A stretch of DNA of 64,000 nt from Candidatus Omnitrophota bacterium (GTDB lineage: Bacteria > Omnitrophota > Gorgyraeia > Gorgyraeales > Gorgyraeaceae). How positions within the stretch are numbered: the first letter of the stretch is position 1; the number at the start of each line of letters is the position of its first letter. The translations under genes were made by a program, and so were the position numbers. The stretch spans positions 1,600-65,599 of the forward strand of contig JBDRJN010000003.1 of NCBI GenBank assembly GCA_043814965.1. The letters run 5' to 3'. Below, piece by piece: positions 29,554 through 39,263 of this stretch. The notes under the pieces are model-generated. The model saw only the letters and a list, made by a program, of their open reading frames with translations. It had not been told where the DNA came from and ran no database searches.

Positions 29554-31483
29554 ATGCCTTCTTCACTGATGGAAATATCTCTATGTCAGTATGCGGCAAA
29601 AAAAGCGACGCGCTATAGTTATTCATAAAAGACGCATTTGTGCTTAGGTCTATATAAGTGGTCTTATTGGCTATAGCATAAGCTTCCTCCATTGCGTCGC
29701 TTGAAAGCAGAGCTAACTTTGCGCCGCTTATAGATGTGTTACCTAAAAACTCGAATATTCCTTCATCCATATCCGGCAAGAGCCCTATATTAATGCTTGA
29801 ACGTATATCAAGGGCAGTCCCCAGCCCTCCTGCTATATAGACATGCTTTATATCGGATCTTTTACAGCCTATTTCTTTTAAGACCGTCTCTATGCCTGTA
29901 AAGATAGCGCCTTTTGAGTTTATGATGTTTTTTATATCATTCTCTGTTATCACTATGTCTTTTTTGACAGCTGAATCTTTTTTATCGCAGAGGACCACTT
30001 CTTTTGAGCCATCTTCGGATATTCTAGTCTTAAGGATAGAATTGTCTTTTATTTTACCTGAGCGGTCTATTACCTTATTTTCAAGGAAAACACTTATTGC
30101 ATCTATCGCCCCAGAACCGCATATACCTTTTGGCAGAGCATCACCGATAGTCTCGAGGACTAATCTTTTATTTTTTATGGACACTTTTTGTATAGCGCCT
30201 TTCATCGCGCGGATACCAGAAGCTAATCCGCCTCCCTCGAAACAAGGCCCTGCAGAAGTAGAGCATGCGACAAAATAATCTTTATTCCCTATAGCGACCT
30301 CTCCATTTGTGCCAAGGTCTATAAATAAAGATGTCTCTTTTAACCTGTTCATCCCGGAGGCAAGTATCCCGCCTACGATATCCCCTCCTACATAACTTCC
30401 TACGCAGGGCAGGCATGCCAGAAGCCCTCTTGGGTTTATTTTTATACCAGCTTCGATAGCGCGTATTACAGGCATAAAACTCACTGCAGGGATATAAGGG
30501 TCTTTACGTATGTACTCGGGGTTTATTTTTAAAAGAAGATGCAGCATGGTAGTGTTTCCAGCTGACATGCAGGCTGTTATATCATTAAGCGTGATCTTGT
30601 GTTCTTCTGTAAGTCCGCCTATCAACACATTTATCGTATCTATTACAGCGTGATGCAGCCTCTCAAGCCCTGCTTCTTCTTTTGCGTATATGATCCTCGA
30701 TATCACGTCCTCGCCAAAATCTACCTGGGGATTATAACTTGCTTTTGCCCCGAGCACTTTTTGGGTCTTTAGGTCAACGAGATAACATACTATTGTAGTC
30801 GTACCTATATCCAATGCTATTCCAAGGTTTTTGTTGGATTTATCGCCTGGTTCTATGAGGACTATCTCTGTAGTGCCGTTCCTATTGCCGAGGGTAACTG
30901 TCACTTCCCAGTCAGATTCCCTAAGAAGCCTCGGGAGTTTTTTGATATTAGCGAGGCCTATCTGCATTATAGATATATTTCTCCCATCTTTTATAGCTCT
31001 GAATACTCTCTCTACATCAGAGATACTGTCATCAAGTGTCGGAGGTTTTAATTTTAGAAATAACTTTGTTGAAAGCGGGCCGTGCTTAAAGATCGTTTTT
31101 TCTTTTTTATAAAGAGCTTCTTCTATCTCTTCAGCAGGCGTATAGAGGCCGGCTAAACGCTTCTTTTTAGCCTCACCTGTGAGCACCTCAAGGTCTCCCA
31201 ACCTTGATTCTTCCGGTATAAGTACCTCTAGATTGGATTCTGGGAATGTCCTACAAGCGAGCACATAGCCTTTGGAGCGCTCTTTCTGGGATATCCTGCC
31301 GCTTTGCTCTGTGGTGTAGTCGCCTTTTTTTATTATGGCCTTGCATCTCCCGCAGACACCATCTCCCCCACAGCTATTATATATATGTATGCCGGATTTA
31401 ATACTAGCTGTTAATAGATCCGTGCCTTTCTGGACCTTGATAGACCTGTTTTCAGGTAGGAATTTTATTATAAATTCTTCCAT
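29537..31483 (-). CDS. acsV: Corrinoid reductive activator RACo/AcsV (2Fe-2S + ASKHA)
   Basis: CGGDGVCGRC...LAC ferredoxin, DIGTTT, G.DVISRI, DLGTNGE, SAGPCFEG, GICGSG. Confidence 0.92.
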   Translation of the reverse strand: MEEFIIKFLPENRSIKVQKGTDLLTASIKSGIHIYNSCGGDGVCGRCKAIIKKGDYTTEQSGRISQKERSKGYVLACRTFPESNLEVLIPEESRLGDLEVLTGEAKKKRLAGLYTPAEEIEEALYKKEKTIFKHGPLSTKLFLKLKPPTLDDSISDVERVFRAIKDGRNISIMQIGLANIKKLPRLLRESDWEVTVTLGNRNGTTEIVLIEPGDKSNKNLGIALDIGTTTIVCYLVDLKTQKVLGAKASYNPQVDFGEDVISRIIYAKEEAGLERLHHAVIDTINVLIGGLTEEHKITLNDITACMSAGNTTMLHLLLKINPEYIRKDPYIPAVSFMPVIRAIEAGIKINPRGLLACLPCVGSYVGGDIVGGILASGMNRLKETSLFIDLGTNGEVAIGNKDYFVACSTSAGPCFEGGGLASGIRAMKGAIQKVSIKNKRLVLETIGDALPKGICGSGAIDAISVFLENKVIDRSGKIKDNSILKTRISEDGSKEVVLCDKKDSAVKKDIVITENDIKNIINSKGAIFTGIETVLKEIGCKRSDIKHVYIAGGLGTALDIRSSINIGLLPDMDEGIFEFLGNTSISGAKLALLSSDAMEEAYAIANKTTYIDLSTNASFMNNYSASLFLPHTDIEIFPSVKKALTGKG

Positions 31484-31493
31484 AATAGATTAA

Positions 31494-31522
31494 ATTGTAA
31501 CATGTAAGGAAAATCGGGTCAA
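31494..31522 (-). promoter_or_regulatory. Sigma70-type promoter directly abutting acsV
   Basis: TTGACC-17 nt-TACAAT with extended TG; -10 box ends 10 nt before the ATG. Confidence 0.6.
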
Positions 31523-31563
31523 GGGAAATGGTGGGAATGATGCTTTTTTACAATATACGGAAT

Positions 31564-31603
31564 ATACAACGTAGGGGAGCTTTAAAGCTCCCCTACGTTG
31601 TAT
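31564..31603. repeat. Perfect 40-bp palindrome containing a 26-bp GTAG-type REP core
   Basis: ATACAACGTAGGGGAGCTTT|AAAGCTCCCCTACGTTGTAT. Confidence 0.9.
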
Positions 31604-31627
31604 GTCAGATAATATTATAGAATACTA

Positions 31628-31930
31628 TTACTTCTGTTTTACTTTTAACTCTGTTCCGCAATTTGGGCAATACTGTACGCCTGATGAAAAATCTGCTCCG
31701 CAATCAGGGCAGAACTTTGTATCCATCGCATCGCCTACCAATGCTCCTCCAGCTGCGCCAGCTGCTCCTCCTATAAGAGCGCCTTCAGCAGCATGTCCTG
31801 ACTGATGGCCTATTATAGCCCCAGCCCCGGCGCCTATCAAAGTACCTATACCAGCGCCTTTTTGCGTGCCAGTGCAGCCGACTACGAAAGCCAGCAATAA
31901 CAGGATAACTAAAACTGTATATTTTTTCAT
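31628..31930 (-). CDS. Glycine-zipper lipoprotein with C-terminal zinc ribbon
   Basis: Lipobox VVGC, GA.IG...GA..GA.IG zipper, CPDCG...CPNCG; AGGAGG RBS before ATG 31930. Confidence 0.85.
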   Translation of the reverse strand: MKKYTVLVILLLLAFVVGCTGTQKGAGIGTLIGAGAGAIIGHQSGHAAEGALIGGAAGAAGGALVGDAMDTKFCPDCGADFSSGVQYCPNCGTELKVKQK

Positions 31931-31957
31931 GTTGCTCCTCCTTTTCAATAATTTCAT

Positions 31958-31985
31958 ATTATAGCATCTATTTTTGTATAATCAA
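31958..31985 (-). promoter_or_regulatory. Promoter for the lipoprotein gene
   Basis: TTGATT-16 nt-TATAAT with extended TG. Confidence 0.55.
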
Positions 31986-32019
31986 GTTTATTTGTGAAGC
32001 CAAAAAAAGAGAGGGCGCG

Positions 32020-32421
32020 TTATTGTTTTTCCAGGGAAAACTTTTTTTGAGGATAATTCACGGTAAGGATGAAATTGTTCAAGAAACTTCTCACACCTAA
32101 AAGCGGGACATAAAGGTTGGGCATAAAGTCTATGAGAGTTTCTTTAATAACAATACCTGATATCTCAATGCGCACAGTATGAGAATATGCTGTGGTTTTC
32201 CCGTTACCGGTATTTATCTCCTTAGCTGTGCCTGCCTGAAGATTATGGCCTAATATAGCAGCATAAGATGCTGGCAAAGCGCATTCATCTGCTCCTGTAT
32301 CGATCAACCCTAATACTTTAACCTTTTTATTAGAATGCGGATTAACTATAGTAACAGGCAGCCATGGCCTTGAAATGTCATCAGAGCTTAGCTTTGTAAA
32401 AGGAATGCTTGAAAGTTCCAT
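32020..32421 (-). CDS. Retropepsin-like (clan AA) aspartic protease
   Basis: LIDTGAD catalytic motif and C-terminal PLLGV.SFL hydrophobic-Gly motif. Confidence 0.85.
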   Translation of the reverse strand: MELSSIPFTKLSSDDISRPWLPVTIVNPHSNKKVKVLGLIDTGADECALPASYAAILGHNLQAGTAKEINTGNGKTTAYSHTVRIEISGIVIKETLIDFMPNLYVPLLGVRSFLNNFILTVNYPQKKFSLEKQ

Positions 32422-32609
32422 TAATATATCTGGACCATGTCCTTGGTAGGAATAAATAGTATTACAGGATCAGGATATCCTTGTTTTACTGCTTTATCGT
32501 ATACTTCCTTAGGGTCTTTACCTGTAGCTATAACAACGCTATCGCCAAAATCCTTTATCGCTACATAACTGCCATTATATTTGTTTTCTTTTATAAGTAC
32601 TTGTTCCAT
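32421..32609 (-). CDS. Small DUF5678-like protein, translationally coupled to the protease
   Basis: KY.G.YVAI......VIA.GKD..EV...A...G...P...FIP pattern; GAGAGG RBS; stop overlaps next ATG. Confidence 0.75.
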   Translation of the reverse strand: MEQVLIKENKYNGSYVAIKDFGDSVVIATGKDPKEVYDKAVKQGYPDPVILFIPTKDMVQIY

Positions 32610-32636
32610 GCCATACCTCTCTTTTGTGTTGATATA

Positions 32637-32665
32637 ATGTTACCATGCCCTGCCTTGTATAGCAA
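32637..32665 (-). promoter_or_regulatory. Putative promoter of the DUF5678/protease pair
   Basis: TTGCTA-17 nt-TAACAT with extended TG, immediately downstream of a terminator. Confidence 0.45.
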
Positions 32666-32668
32666 GGT

Positions 32669-32710
32669 AAAAAAAGCGGAGCGCGTTATCCTGTTTTCTT
32701 AACGCGCCCC
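32669..32710 (-). terminator. Intrinsic terminator
   Basis: GGGGCGCGTTA-loop-TAACGCGCTCC followed by GC and U7. Confidence 0.8.
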
Positions 32711-32890
32711 GATATTTGCTACTCTATTGCCTCCTGCCTACTTATCCACATTGTAGGGGACACTTAAGTGCCCCCTACATCTCGTTGTTACCCCTGTTTT
32801 ATCCCTCGCCGCATCATGTCATTACCCCTCGTTTCGTAATGTCGTTCAAGGGAAACTCGGGGTTATTTTTTGAGCTTACGCTCAAAAAAT
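32669..32890 (-). ncRNA. Candidate riboswitch-controlled structured small RNA
   Basis: Between two terminators with no ORF >10 codons from an ATG. GUAA-tetraloop hairpin, CCCCGA/UCGGGG closing stem, repeated AGGGGUAA/AGGGAUAA/AGGAUAA motifs. Confidence 0.4.
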
Positions 32891-32924
32891 AAAAAAACCG
32901 AACCCTTTCAAATAAAAGGCTCTG
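32891..32924 (-). terminator. Expression-platform terminator of the riboswitch
   Basis: GAGCCTTTT-ATTT-GAAAGGGTTC then GG and U7, about 15 nt after the aptamer. Confidence 0.7.
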
Positions 32925-32939
32925 CCATAAATAAAAATA

Positions 32940-33064
32940 ACTTTCTTGGCAACCCGGCTGTCCTGATCAATTGTAGCAGACACTTAAGTGTCTGCTACCT
33001 CATAATTGAGGACCCGTGGCTTTGCGTCCTGTGATTGCTCACAGTTTGCCCTTTTACTGAAAGT
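32940..33064 (-). promoter_or_regulatory. c-di-GMP-I (GEMM-I) riboswitch aptamer
   Basis: GGGCAAA-CTGTGA-GCAA-TCACAG-GACGCAAAGCCACGGGTCCT...AGGACAGCCGGGTTGCC matches the class I consensus (GNRA-capped P2, GCAAA, ACGCAAAGC). Likely P1 is ACUUUC/GAAAGU. G at the G20-equivalent position indicates c-di-GMP rather than cGAMP. Confidence 0.9.
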
Positions 33065-33146
33065 AAAAGTATAATTCAATATTCAGTTGTCATGTTGGAA
33101 AATTTAGTTTGCCTCCTTATTATTAAGTACTTCTGATCCTAATATA

Positions 33147-33174
33147 AATATACCATAGGTTTATGAGGATTCAA
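33147..33174 (-). promoter_or_regulatory. Putative promoter upstream of the riboswitch
   Basis: TTGAAT-16 nt-TATATT with extended TG. Confidence 0.45.
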
Positions 33175-33259
33175 TAGCAATTGGGTAAAAATCTTAGGTA
33201 TTTTTAGAAATTTCAGGTATTTTAGCCAAGAAAACGGTTACTAAAGGGAAAACCGTATC

Positions 33260-33310
33260 AGATCCCGCATCTTAATAGTAAAAATAACTACTTCTATAGA
33301 TGCGGGATCT
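33260..33310. terminator. Large-loop inverted repeat after lepB (probable terminator/processing hairpin)
   Basis: AGATCCCGCATCT ... AGATGCGGGATCT, 13-bp perfect arms. Confidence 0.55.
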
Positions 33311-33313
33311 TAT

Positions 33314-33880
33314 TTATTTTATAAGGCGGATCCTTGAGATCGGCCAGTAGATCAGAAATGCCTTTCCTAACAGGTATTTTTGAGGCATAAAACCCCAGTA
33401 TCTACTGTCTCTACTTGATATACTATTGTCTCCGAGCATGTAGTATGCGTCGCCTGGTATCTCAAGGTCCTTGCCTTCTTCTGCAAAATCCCCTCTATTG
33501 TAGTAGTATATCTCATTTATTATCGAACCTTTTTCAACTGCCCTGTCATTTATGAGTATTGTGCCATTTGATATCTTTAGATTTTCACCTGGAAGGCCAA
33601 CGACCCTTTTTATAAAATCTTTTTTCTTGTCCTCCGGAGAGATAAATACTGCGACATCTCCTCTTTCTGGATTTTTAAATTTGTAGATAAACTTATTGAC
33701 CAATATCCTATCACCCTCTATTAAGGTCGGCCTCATAGAGCCTGTAGGTATCTTAAAAGCCTGGACAACAAAGGTCCTTATAATGAGAGCGAGGAGCACT
33801 GCTATGATTATTGGTTCTATCCATTCTTTCATCAAGTATCGCATTTTTTCATTTTTATACAGTAAACTCTTAATATTCAT
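33314..33880 (-). CDS. lepB: Signal peptidase I
   Basis: IPTGSMRPTL (Ser), FIKRVVGLPGE (Lys), GDN...S.DSRYWG. Confidence 0.96.
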   Translation of the reverse strand: MNIKSLLYKNEKMRYLMKEWIEPIIIAVLLALIIRTFVVQAFKIPTGSMRPTLIEGDRILVNKFIYKFKNPERGDVAVFISPEDKKKDFIKRVVGLPGENLKISNGTILINDRAVEKGSIINEIYYYNRGDFAEEGKDLEIPGDAYYMLGDNSISSRDSRYWGFMPQKYLLGKAFLIYWPISRIRLIK

Positions 33881-33891
33881 AGTTACCTTTC

Positions 33892-35685
33892 TTATATCTT
33901 TAGAGCTGCTAAAAATGCTTCCTGGGGGATCTGGACCTTACCAAACTGCTTGAGGCGTTTTTTTCCTTGTTTTTGTTTTTCCCAAAGCTTTCTTTTACGT
34001 GTTATGTCTCCGCCGTAGCATTTGCTGGTGACGTCTTTGCCTAGGGGTTTTACTCTTGAGCGCGCTAATATCTTGCTTCCTATAGCAGCCTGTATTATTA
34101 CTTCAAATAACTGCCTTGGGATAAGCTCTTTTAGTTTTTCTGCCAGAGCCCTGCCCTTGAAATCCGCCTTATCTCTATGCGCTATGGAAGAAAGAGCTTC
34201 ACATATCTGTCCATTTATCAATATGTCCAGCTTTATGAGGTCGCTTGTCCTGTAGCCTATGACTTCATAATCTAAAGACCCATACCCACGCGTCATTGAT
34301 TTTATCTTGTCATAAAAATCTACTATTATCTCAGATAAAGGCATCTCAAAGACAAGTTTTATTTTGTCCAAAGACAAGTATTCTGTTGACTGGTATTCTC
34401 CTCTTTTTGACTTACACAGCTCTATGACCATGCTTAAGCTATCTTGAGGTATCATGATATATGTTACTACATAGGGCTCTTTGATCTCTAATATGTTTTG
34501 AGGGTCAGGGATCTTATTTGGATTGTCCACTTCAAATTCCTTGCCTTTTTTATCAGTGACTCTATAGACTACGCTGGGTGTAGTGAGGACAAGGTCAAGG
34601 TCGTATTCTCTCTCAAGCCTTTCCTGCACTATTTCCATATGCAGAAGCCCTAAAAATCCGCACCTATAGCCGAATCCCAGAGATTGAGAGCTTTCTATTT
34701 CATATATGAATGAAGCATCGCTTAACTTAAACTTAGCTACAGCTGCTTTTAGTTCATCAAAATCACCCGCGTTTACTGGATAGATACCGCAAAATACCAT
34801 TGGTTTTATCTGCTTGTAGCCCGGAAGGGGCTTACTGGCAGGGTTTTTTGCGCTAGTTATAGTGTCTCCATCAGTGACGTCTTTGGCTTCTTTGAGCTGA
34901 CATGTGATATAACCTACCTCTCCTGAAGAAAGTTCTTCGATAGGCTCCATTGTAGGCTTAAAAATACCCACTTCCTGAATCTCATATTTTTTTGAAGAAA
35001 ACATCATCTGTATATGCATACCTTTCCTGAGGACGCCATTTACTACCCTTATATAGACTATCACCCCTCTATAGCTATCGTACATAGAATCAAAGATAAG
35101 CGCTTGCAAGGGGTCTTGAATGTTTCCTGTCGGAGGCGGTACATCCTTTACTATCCTTTCCAATATGTCTTCAGTGCCAATACCTTCTTTGGCGCTGGCA
35201 AGGATTATATGTTCGTCCTCTATTTTTAATATGCTTTTGACTTCTTCCAGGACCCTTTCAGGTTCGGCGTTTTGCAGGTCGATCTTGTTTAAGACAGGGA
35301 TTATTACAAGATTCTTTTCCTGCGCCTGCTGTAGGTTTGCCACGGTCTGAGCTTCTACGCCCTGCGCAGCGTCTACTAGGAGTATCGCGCCTTCGCATGC
35401 AGAAAGAGATTTTGCTACTTCATAACTAAAATCAACGTGTCCGGGTGTGTCTATGAGGTTGAGTTCATAAGTAACCCCGTCTTTTGCCTTGTAAGACAAT
35501 CTTACTGCGCTCGCCTTTATGGTGATCCCGCGTTCTCTCTCGAGGTCCATGTCATCCAGCATCTGGGCCCTGAACTGCCTATCATTTACAGTATGAGTAA
35601 ACTGAATGAGCCTGTCAGCCAGGGTAGACTTGCCATGGTCTATGTGAGCGATTATGCAAAAGTTTCTGATCTTGCTGTTTTCCAT
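33892..35685 (-). CDS. lepA: Elongation factor 4
   Basis: IRNFCIIAHIDHGKSTLADR, ERGITIK, KCYGGDITRKRKL. Confidence 0.98.
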   Translation of the reverse strand: MENSKIRNFCIIAHIDHGKSTLADRLIQFTHTVNDRQFRAQMLDDMDLERERGITIKASAVRLSYKAKDGVTYELNLIDTPGHVDFSYEVAKSLSACEGAILLVDAAQGVEAQTVANLQQAQEKNLVIIPVLNKIDLQNAEPERVLEEVKSILKIEDEHIILASAKEGIGTEDILERIVKDVPPPTGNIQDPLQALIFDSMYDSYRGVIVYIRVVNGVLRKGMHIQMMFSSKKYEIQEVGIFKPTMEPIEELSSGEVGYITCQLKEAKDVTDGDTITSAKNPASKPLPGYKQIKPMVFCGIYPVNAGDFDELKAAVAKFKLSDASFIYEIESSQSLGFGYRCGFLGLLHMEIVQERLEREYDLDLVLTTPSVVYRVTDKKGKEFEVDNPNKIPDPQNILEIKEPYVVTYIMIPQDSLSMVIELCKSKRGEYQSTEYLSLDKIKLVFEMPLSEIIVDFYDKIKSMTRGYGSLDYEVIGYRTSDLIKLDILINGQICEALSSIAHRDKADFKGRALAEKLKELIPRQLFEVIIQAAIGSKILARSRVKPLGKDVTSKCYGGDITRKRKLWEKQKQGKKRLKQFGKVQIPQEAFLAALKI

Positions 35686-35690
35686 ATTTA

Positions 35691-37091
35691 TTATGCGTTC
35701 AACGCGAACTTTTTTCCGAATTCAAGATATGATGCCACTAGCTCGTCCGAAGAAGCCTCAGCATATATCCTTAAGATCGGTTCTGTGCCGGAAAGCCTCA
35801 ATACAAGCCAACTGTCATCCTCGAGTATAAACTTATATCCGTCGTAGGACTTGACCTCTTTTACGGTTTTTCCCAACATCTCCTTGGGAGGGCTTTCTTT
35901 TAGGACCTTCATCAACTTCTTTTTCTTGTCATCAGAATATTCCATGTCTATCCTGTCGTAGCAGAACTTTCCATATTCTTTTTCAACATCTTCTATGATA
36001 TCAAGGAGTTTCTTTTTTCTATGGGCCATCATCTCTATAAGAAGTATGCCTAGCAGTATACCGTCTCTTTCGGGAATATACCCTTTGACGCCTATACCTC
36101 CTGATTCTTCGCCTCCCATCAATACATCTTCCTCCAGCATTATCTTACAGACATACTTGAACCCAACAGGGGTTTCGTGGAGTTTTATATTGTATTTTTT
36201 TGTAATAAGTTCTATCAAGGTAGTGTTTGTAAGTGTCTTTACCACTGAACCTGTCCATTTTTTATCCTCTATAAAATGCAGCAAGAGCAGCGACATGATC
36301 TTTCCAGCTCCAAAAAACTCTCCCTTGGGTGTCACAGCGCAGATCCTATCCGCATCACCGTCATTTACTATAGCCAGGTCATACCCGCCTTTTTTCATCT
36401 TCTCGCAGGTCTCTTTGATGTACATCGGTATTGGTTCTGGACTGCCTCCTCCAAAAAGAGGGTCTCTGTTGCTTCTAAATTGCGTTATTTTCAAGCTAGT
36501 ATCTTTCAGTATCTCTTTTATGTAGCCATCTCCTACGCCATGCATGCAGTCTACTAATATATTGAAGTCAGCTTTTTTAAGAGAGACTTTGTCTATATAC
36601 GAATCTATGAATCTCATATAATCAGGCTTGAGGTCTACCATCTCTACCAGGCCCTTTTTAATAGCTTCTTCTATGGGCATGATCTTGACGCTGTTTTTTC
36701 CTAATAGGTCCTCTACGCCTTTAGTGATGCTTTCATCCGCAGTAGAGGCATAGTGGGCTTTTATTTTTATGCCATTGTAACTTGGTGGATTGTGACTTGC
36801 TGTCACAGCTACCCCACCTGATAATTTTTTATTTTTTATAGCTAAACTTACAAATGGCGTAGGCGTAGCTTTGTCGGACAAAAATACCTTTATGCCGTTA
36901 GCAGCCAGGACACCAGCTACTAATTCAGCGTATTTTTCAGATAAGAATCTCCTGTCATAACCTACTGCAAGAGCTGAGCCGTCTTTTTTGTAGTAATCCG
37001 CTATTGCCTGTGAGACTATCTTTACGTTATCAAAAGTAAACTCCTCCGATATTATCGCTCTCCAACCATCTGTTCCGAATTTTATAGACAT
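35691..37091 (-). CDS. Phosphoglucomutase/phosphomannomutase family protein
   Basis: FGTDGWR, TASHNP, DGDADR, GGEESGG, R.SGTEP. Confidence 0.94.
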   Translation of the reverse strand: MSIKFGTDGWRAIISEEFTFDNVKIVSQAIADYYKKDGSALAVGYDRRFLSEKYAELVAGVLAANGIKVFLSDKATPTPFVSLAIKNKKLSGGVAVTASHNPPSYNGIKIKAHYASTADESITKGVEDLLGKNSVKIMPIEEAIKKGLVEMVDLKPDYMRFIDSYIDKVSLKKADFNILVDCMHGVGDGYIKEILKDTSLKITQFRSNRDPLFGGGSPEPIPMYIKETCEKMKKGGYDLAIVNDGDADRICAVTPKGEFFGAGKIMSLLLLHFIEDKKWTGSVVKTLTNTTLIELITKKYNIKLHETPVGFKYVCKIMLEEDVLMGGEESGGIGVKGYIPERDGILLGILLIEMMAHRKKKLLDIIEDVEKEYGKFCYDRIDMEYSDDKKKKLMKVLKESPPKEMLGKTVKEVKSYDGYKFILEDDSWLVLRLSGTEPILRIYAEASSDELVASYLEFGKKFALNA

Positions 37092-37109
37092 TCTTAAACC
37101 CCCTCTTAG

Positions 37110-37243
37110 AAAATATTAAATATTAAAAATTAAATATCAAAATTACAAATTAAAATGTAAATATTTTTTGGTTATAAGTCTTTGTTTTTAAATTTTGAAT
37201 TTTAATATGTAATTTTAATTTTTGCATTTTGATTTTTGATATT
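37110..37243. repeat. AT-rich inverted-arm element, copy 1
   Basis: AAATATT/AAAATT-type units on the left arm, ATTTTGA/ATTTTAA units on the right; homologous to 60548-60672. Confidence 0.75.
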
Positions 37244-37254
37244 ACAATGTTATG

Positions 37255-37983
<729 letters not shown>

Positions 37984-37994
37984 AAAAACTCCCT

Positions 37995-39263
37995 CTATAT
38001 ATGAAGTAGTCTTTCCAGGTTATTTTTTTCTTTATCTTTGACAGGGCCTACGACAGCTAGATTTAGCCCCTCGTCCTTAAAGACATCTTTTGCGACACGC
38101 TGTAGATCCTGGCTGGATACCCTATCAATGTTCTTTATGATCCTGTCTTTATCCGGGAGAGAATCTTTCATTATGACCTTTTCTCCAAGCCACAACATGT
38201 GGTCCATAGTATCTTCCAGGGAAAGAAGGGTCTGGACCTTGAAAAATTCTTTAGCTCTTTTAAGTTCCTTAGCCGGTACAATATGGTCTTTTATGTTTTT
38301 TAATTCTTTTAAGGCCAGGCGAAGCACCTCCTCGGCCTTTTTGTGCTCCATGCCGGCGTTTATAATAAAACTGCCTGTCTCATCATATCTTTTTACCTCG
38401 GTATATATCTCGTAAGCCAGGCCTCTTTTTTCGCGTATATTCTCAAAAAGCCTTGAAGACATATTTGCGCCAAGTAAGATATGTAAGAGGCTCATGGCAT
38501 ATCTATCTTTGTGAAATCTTCCAGAACTGCGCAGTCCCAGGCACATGTGGGTCTGGGCAGTTCTTTTGGGCGCTATCTTTATACAAGGACTGCTTTGAGG
38601 ACTTTTAAATTCCGCGATAGCCTGTGGGAGAAGCGCATTCTCAAAGGAGAGCAATCCCTTAGCTTTTTTTATTACATGGTCTTTTTTTAAGTTCCCACAC
38701 AAGACAATAGCAGTATTTTTTGGTATATAGTTTTTTCTTTTATAACTAGCTATATCCTCTCTAGATATAGAACTTACTGTCTGGATGCTGCCCGCGATAT
38801 TTCTGCCGAGAGAATGCCCAGGCCACATCAATTCATATAATGCATCGTGTACAAGATGGCCTGGCAGGTCTTTGTACATCTTGATCTCTTCGATTATGAC
38901 GGTCCTCTCTTTTTCTATTTCTTTTTTATCCAGAGATGCATTCAATACCATATCAGAAAGCACGTCCATCGCTATATCTACATGACGCGAACTTACCTTT
39001 ACAAGATAGCAGGTGATCTCTTCAGAGGTAAAGCCGTTTAACGAACCGCCCCTGCCTTCTATCTCTTCTTTTATCTTTCGTGAATTACGAGAAGGGCTGC
39101 CCTTAAATATCATATGCTCCAGAAAATGGGATATGCCTGATATCTTTTTTTCTTCGTTTCTGGAGCCGGTCTTGAGCCATATACCCAGGCTGGCTGATTC
39201 CATATTTGGCATATGGTTGAGCACCAGTCTTGAGCCGTTATCTAAGGTTATCTTTTTATACAT
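37995..39263 (-). CDS. M16-family zinc peptidase (cytoplasmic)
   Basis: SHFLEHMIFKG, SSRLFENIREKRGLAY. Confidence 0.93.
   Translation of the reverse strand: MYKKITLDNGSRLVLNHMPNMESASLGIWLKTGSRNEEKKISGISHFLEHMIFKGSPSRNSRKIKEEIEGRGGSLNGFTSEEITCYLVKVSSRHVDIAMDVLSDMVLNASLDKKEIEKERTVIIEEIKMYKDLPGHLVHDALYELMWPGHSLGRNIAGSIQTVSSISREDIASYKRKNYIPKNTAIVLCGNLKKDHVIKKAKGLLSFENALLPQAIAEFKSPQSSPCIKIAPKRTAQTHMCLGLRSSGRFHKDRYAMSLLHILLGANMSSRLFENIREKRGLAYEIYTEVKRYDETGSFIINAGMEHKKAEEVLRLALKELKNIKDHIVPAKELKRAKEFFKVQTLLSLEDTMDHMLWLGEKVIMKDSLPDKDRIIKNIDRVSSQDLQRVAKDVFKDEGLNLAVVGPVKDKEKNNLERLLHI

Noticed and set aside
32742-32750. Perfect DnaA box TTATCCACA suggesting oriC
   Set aside because: Single box, no dnaA/dnaN nearby and no switch in gene orientation across the region.
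33076-33118. AAGGAGG followed by mini-ORF MTTEY upstream of the riboswitch
   Set aside because: The RBS-ATG spacing is too long (about 18 nt) and the peptide is only 5 aa; no supporting evidence.
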